Made by a program: the position numbers and the translations under genes | Notes under the pieces: model-generated | Database searches by the model: none | What the model saw: the letters and a program-made list of their open reading frames with translations, nothing else | Told to the model about the DNA's origin: nothing | Source: Longimicrobiales bacterium | GTDB lineage: Bacteria > Gemmatimonadota > Gemmatimonadetes > Longimicrobiales > Gaopeijiaceae | NCBI GenBank assembly: GCA_965204735.1 | Contig: OZ242008.1 | Location: 256,001-320,000, forward strand | Direction of reading: 5' to 3' | Length of the DNA: 64,000 nt | Shown here: in pieces, positions 60,181 through 64,000 of the stretch | Layout: the number at the start of each line of letters is the position of its first letter | Position numbering within the stretch: the stretch's first letter is position 1

Positions 60181-60223
60181 GGAAGCTGGGGAGAATGGAA
60201 GCTGGGAGAAAACGGAAGCTGGG
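60181..60223. repeat. Three copies of GGAAGCTGGG in the purE leader
   Basis: Copies at 60181, 60197, 60214. Confidence 0.8.
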
Positions 60224-60301
60224 AAGATTCGAGAGTGGGGGCAGAAGATACTTCATGTCGCCGAGTCGGCGAACGCAAGGCCTTGCGGGATCAGCGCTCG
60301 T

Positions 60302-60500
60302 TCCTGGGCCCCAAGGGCGCCCACGCAACCACTGCGCCGCCGCCCGGCCCGCTCCTGGCCCAAGGGCGCCCGCAACCATTGCGCCGCCCCGCCCGGCCCG
60401 CTCCTGGCCCCAAGGGCGCCCGCAACCATTGCGCCGCCCCGCCCGGCCCGCTCCTGGCCCAAGGGCGCCCGCGACCATTGCGCCGCCCACCCCGCCCGCC
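60302..60500. repeat. Tandem repeat, about 50 bp x 4, intergenic
   Basis: Unit TCCTGGCCCAAGGGCGCCCGCAACCATTGCGCCGCCCCGCCCGGCCCGC starting at 60302, 60353, 60402, 60452. Confidence 0.92.
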
Positions 60501-60661
60501 CTAGCCTAGCGTAGCGTAGTGGACCCGAAGATCCGCTTCCCCCTCCGTGCGGACGCGATGGAGCTTCCTTCCAAACGTCGATATCTGTCCGCCCGACTCC
60601 GGCGGCTTGCGATGCGGGCGCGGCTGCGGTTCGCACAGCGGCCGGCGCCGACGGCGCGACG

Positions 60662-62581
60662 TTGACTCGAGCTTCGGGCGTCGCCGGCCAAGTCGCCCGG
60701 ATCATTCGGGGGGACTACCCCGAGCTGCGGGAGCGGGTGCGCGCGGCGTTGGCAAGACCGGAGGTGAGCATCCCCGACCACCTGCCTCTGGAAGAGCAGC
60801 GGGAGCGCACCCTCGGCGCCGTCGTGGCGCTGGCGGAAGCGGGCTTGGGCCCGACGGCGTTTCCCAAGGAGCACGGCGGCCACGGAGAGACGGGCGCGGG
60901 CGTGGCCGTCTTCGAGGAGCTTGCCCTGGGAGACCTGAGCGTGCTGGTCAAGTACGGCGTGCACTTCGGCCTCTTCGGCGGGAGCATTGCGCAGCTGGGC
61001 ACGGAGAAGCACCACCGCCGGTACCTGGCGCGCGTCGCGTCGGCGGAGCTGCTCGGCTGCTACGCGATGACCGAAACCGGCCACGGTTCCAACGTCCGCG
61101 ACCTCCGCACGACCGCGACCTACGACCCGACGGCCCGCGAGTTCGTCGTCGCAACCCCCGACGACGACGCTCGCAAGGACTACATCGGCAACGCGGCGCT
61201 CCACGGGCGGATCGCAACGGTCTTCGCCCGGCTCCTGATCGACGGGACCGACCACGGCGTTCACGCGTTCCTCGTGCCGCTGCGCACTGCGTCCGGCGAG
61301 CTGGCGGCGGGCGTGTACATAGAGGATTGCGGCCACAAGGAAGGGCTCAACGGCGTCGACAACGGGCGCATCGGATTCGACGGAGTGCGGGTGCCCGCGG
61401 ACGCCCTCTTGGACCGCTTCGCCAAGATCAACGAAGCAGGCGAGTACGAGAGCTCGATCCCCAGCCCCGACCGCCGCTTCTTCACCATGCTGGGGACGCT
61501 TGTCTCGGGGCGCGTCAGCATCGCCGCAGCATCCGTCGCCGTCGCTCGCAAGGCCCTGACGATCGCCGTGCGCTACACCGCCTCGCGGCGCCAGTTCGGT
61601 CCCGCCGAAGGAGAGGAAGTCCCGGTCCTCGACTACTTGAGCGTCCAGCGCGCGCTCCTCCCCCGTCTGGCCCGGTGCTGCGCGACGGGCCTCGCGGTGC
61701 GGGACTTGGTCCGACGCCTGGCGGACCCACGGGCGGACCGGCGGCGCATCGAGGTCCGGGCCGCCGCGCTCAAGGCGACCGCTTCCCGCGACGCCGTGGA
61801 CGCCCTTCAGGCCTGCCGCGAGGCGTGCGGAGGCCAAGGCTACCTTGCCGAGAACCAGTTCGGCCGGCTCAAGGCCGACTCCGACGTCTTCACCACCTTC
61901 GAGGGCGCCAACCCGATCCTCATGCAACTGGTCGCCAAGAGCTTGCTCTCCCGCTACGGAAGAGAGGTCGGCGACCTCTCCATGTGGGGGATGGCCCGCT
62001 ACTTGGCCGAGCTGGCCGGCACGCGCCTTGCGGACATGAACCCGGTCGCCACCCGCCGTACCGACCCGGAGCACCTTGCCGGCCACGAACTCCACTTGGC
62101 CGCCCTGGAGTACCGGGAGACCCGCCTGCTGCGCTCGGCCGCTCGGCGACTGAAGTCTCGGATCGACGACGGCATGGACAGCTTCGACGCGGCCAACGAG
62201 TGCCAGGACCATCTTCTCGCCGTGGCCTCGGCTCACGCCGACCGGGTCCTGCTCTCGGCCATGCTTCGCGGGCTGGAAGCGACGGCGGAGTCGGAGGGCA
62301 GGGAGCTTCTCGTCCGAGTGGCTTCCCTCTTCGGGTTGGCGACCTTGGAAGCTCATCGGGCTTGGTACCTGGAGGCGGGCTACTTCGAGCCGGCGAAGAG
62401 CCAGGCGGTGCGGGCCGAGGTGAACCGGGCCTGTCGGGAGCTGGCGCCGCGCGCCGTCGAGCTTGTGGACGCCTTCGAGATTCCCGACGAACTGATCCGA
62501 GCGCCGATCGGGCTGAAGCGGCCCGCCGGGCGCCCGGTCCGCGCCGTGGTCGGCCCGGCCGGCCCGGGTTCGGCGAGATGA
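60662..62581 (+). CDS. Acyl-CoA oxidase-like / acyl-CoA dehydrogenase family flavoprotein
   Basis: YAMTETGHGSNV, KEGLNGVDNG, CREACGGQGY, TTFEGAN; ACOX-type C-terminus; start uncertain. Confidence 0.85.
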   Translation: MTRASGVAGQVARIIRGDYPELRERVRAALARPEVSIPDHLPLEEQRERTLGAVVALAEAGLGPTAFPKEHGGHGETGAGVAVFEELALGDLSVLVKYGVHFGLFGGSIAQLGTEKHHRRYLARVASAELLGCYAMTETGHGSNVRDLRTTATYDPTAREFVVATPDDDARKDYIGNAALHGRIATVFARLLIDGTDHGVHAFLVPLRTASGELAAGVYIEDCGHKEGLNGVDNGRIGFDGVRVPADALLDRFAKINEAGEYESSIPSPDRRFFTMLGTLVSGRVSIAAASVAVARKALTIAVRYTASRRQFGPAEGEEVPVLDYLSVQRALLPRLARCCATGLAVRDLVRRLADPRADRRRIEVRAAALKATASRDAVDALQACREACGGQGYLAENQFGRLKADSDVFTTFEGANPILMQLVAKSLLSRYGREVGDLSMWGMARYLAELAGTRLADMNPVATRRTDPEHLAGHELHLAALEYRETRLLRSAARRLKSRIDDGMDSFDAANECQDHLLAVASAHADRVLLSAMLRGLEATAESEGRELLVRVASLFGLATLEAHRAWYLEAGYFEPAKSQAVRAEVNRACRELAPRAVELVDAFEIPDELIRAPIGLKRPAGRPVRAVVGPAGPGSAR

Positions 62582-62594
62582 AGGCGGTCGTCCG

Positions 62595-63899
62595 CTACGC
62601 CCGAGGGACTCGTCCGTCCGACACGTCCAGAACGAAGTAGCGCTTCTTTCCCACGCGCACGATCACGAAGCAGCCGTCCAAGGCGTCCTCGGCAGCGAGC
62701 GTCGTCGACTCGGTCGCGCGCGCGCCGTTGACGTAGACGCCGCCGCCCTTGATCAGCCGTCGAGCCTCCGATCCCGACGACGCCATCCCGACTTCCGCCA
62801 TCAGCGCCAAGAGCGGAACTCCGCCGTCGGCCTCCAATCGCGACTTGGCAATGGTCGTGGAGGGCACGTCGGCAAAGATCTCGGCGATCTCGGTAGCGCC
62901 CAGTCCGTCCACGCTGCCGCCGAAGAGGACCCTGGACGCCCGCACGGCGCGCTCGAGGCCGTCGTCGCCGTGGACCGTTCGGGTCGCTTCGGCCGCCAGC
63001 CGCCGCTGCGCCGTCCGCAGGTGGGGGTTGTCGGCGGTCTGCCGCGCGAGTTCCTCGACCTCCGCTCGGTCCAAGAGGGTGAACAGCTTCAAGTACGGGA
63101 CCACGTCCGCGTCTTCCGTGTTGAGCCAGTACTGATAGAAGCGGTAGGGCGACGTTCGGGCCGGGTCCAGCCACACCGTTCCCGCTTCGGTCTTGCCGAA
63201 TTTGACGCCGCTTCGGGACTCCAGCAGAGGGAAGACGATTCCGTGGCAGCGGGGACCTCCCATGCGCCGCACCAGGTCGATTCCCGCGGTGATGTTGCCC
63301 CACTGGTCCGAGCCGCCCATCTGCAGCGTGCAGTCGTAGCGGGCGGCGAGCTCGCGGAAGTCGAACGCCTGAAGAAGCTGGTAGCTGAACTCGGTGAAGG
63401 AGATGCCCGACTCCTCGTCGGCGAGGCGGCGCCTCACCGATTCCTTCCGCAGCATCGCGTTGACGGCAAAGTGCTTGCCCACGTCCCGCAGAAAGTCGAC
63501 GAGCCCCAGGCCGGCCAGCCACTCCAGGTTGTTGGCCATGCGGGCCGGGTTGCTTCGGCAGTCGAAGTCCAGGAACGACGCCAGCTGACGGTGGATCGCC
63601 GCCGCGTTCTCCTCCGCCTGCGCCCTGTCCAGGAGCGCTCGCTCCGACGCCTTGCCCGACGGGTCGCCGATCAGCCCCGTGCCGCCGCCCACCAGCGCTA
63701 TGGGGCAGTGTCCCGCCCGCTGAAGGTGCACAAGTCCCATGATCGGAACCAGCGAGCCCACGTGGAGCGAGGAAGCCGTGGGGTCGAAGCCGATGTAGCC
63801 GGTGACCCGGCCGGCCGCCAGCGCTTCGGCGGCGTGCTCGGTGGCGTCGGCGAAGAGGCCCCGCCATCGGAGTTCGTCGAGGAGCCGGGTCGTCGTCAC
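62595..63899 (-). CDS. tyrS: Tyrosine--tRNA ligase
   Basis: YIGFDPTASSLHVG, QMGGSDQWGNI, KFGKT, C-terminal S4 domain (VRVGKKRY). Confidence 0.97.
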   Translation of the reverse strand: MTTTRLLDELRWRGLFADATEHAAEALAAGRVTGYIGFDPTASSLHVGSLVPIMGLVHLQRAGHCPIALVGGGTGLIGDPSGKASERALLDRAQAEENAAAIHRQLASFLDFDCRSNPARMANNLEWLAGLGLVDFLRDVGKHFAVNAMLRKESVRRRLADEESGISFTEFSYQLLQAFDFRELAARYDCTLQMGGSDQWGNITAGIDLVRRMGGPRCHGIVFPLLESRSGVKFGKTEAGTVWLDPARTSPYRFYQYWLNTEDADVVPYLKLFTLLDRAEVEELARQTADNPHLRTAQRRLAAEATRTVHGDDGLERAVRASRVLFGGSVDGLGATEIAEIFADVPSTTIAKSRLEADGGVPLLALMAEVGMASSGSEARRLIKGGGVYVNGARATESTTLAAEDALDGCFVIVRVGKKRYFVLDVSDGRVPRA

Positions 63900-64000
63900 T
63901 TGCCGCCGAACCGTTCGCGCGCCACGCGCCGCAGCGTCTTGCCCGTGTGCGTGCGCGGCAGCGAGTCCACTACCTGGATCCGGGTCGGCCGCCGGCCCCT
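63896..64000 (-). CDS. 3' end of an AMP-binding (acyl-CoA ligase/MenE-like) enzyme, partial
   Basis: Manual translation RGRRPTRIQVVDSLPRTHTGKTLRRVARERFGGK*; LPRTxTGK is the adenylate-forming A10 motif; GTGA overlap with tyrS. Confidence 0.7.
   Translation of the reverse strand, partial: RGRRPTRIQVVDSLPRTHTGKTLRRVARERFGGK

Noticed and set aside
60302..60500. CRISPR array
   Set aside because: Units are contiguous with no unique spacers and no cas genes are present.

Overview
High-GC bacterial chromosomal window. The gene repertoire (tandem SusC/SusD-like pairs, exported amidohydrolases, a 6-bladed beta-propeller lipoprotein, a MoxR/DUF58/BatA operon) suggests a Gemmatimonadota-like organism (inference, not proven). 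Left to right: a His-motif membrane protein and neighbour; a complete IS1202-family element (1775-3634, TGT...ACA ends, 17-bp target duplication); two SusC/SusD pairs; a lone RnfD/UnbU-like membrane protein with Sel1-like Cys repeats; an amidohydrolase; ligA, a Ca/Na antiporter, a class III aminotransferase and a pterin dehydratase; a compact array of 17 CCA-less tRNA genes (23123-25107) containing a tRNA-linked 115-bp duplication; a bi-domain oxidoreductase and wecB; a TonB-dependent receptor coupled to an unusual nucleoside-deoxyribosyltransferase-like / ATP-cone-like / DUF2103-like fusion protein (best candidate for something undescribed); a VPS10/BNR propeller protein; a lower-GC Xre-IrrE + PIN (DUF4411) pair; more exported hydrolases; a six-gene TPR-peptidase/DUF4159/MoxR/DUF58/BatA-vWA/DUF4175 operon; greA, purK, purE; an acyl-CoA oxidase-like gene; tyrS; and the 3' end of an AMP-binding enzyme. 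Many short local duplications lie at gene ends and in intergenic DNA. All domain calls are by-eye motif recognition, not database searches, and several start codons are uncertain.
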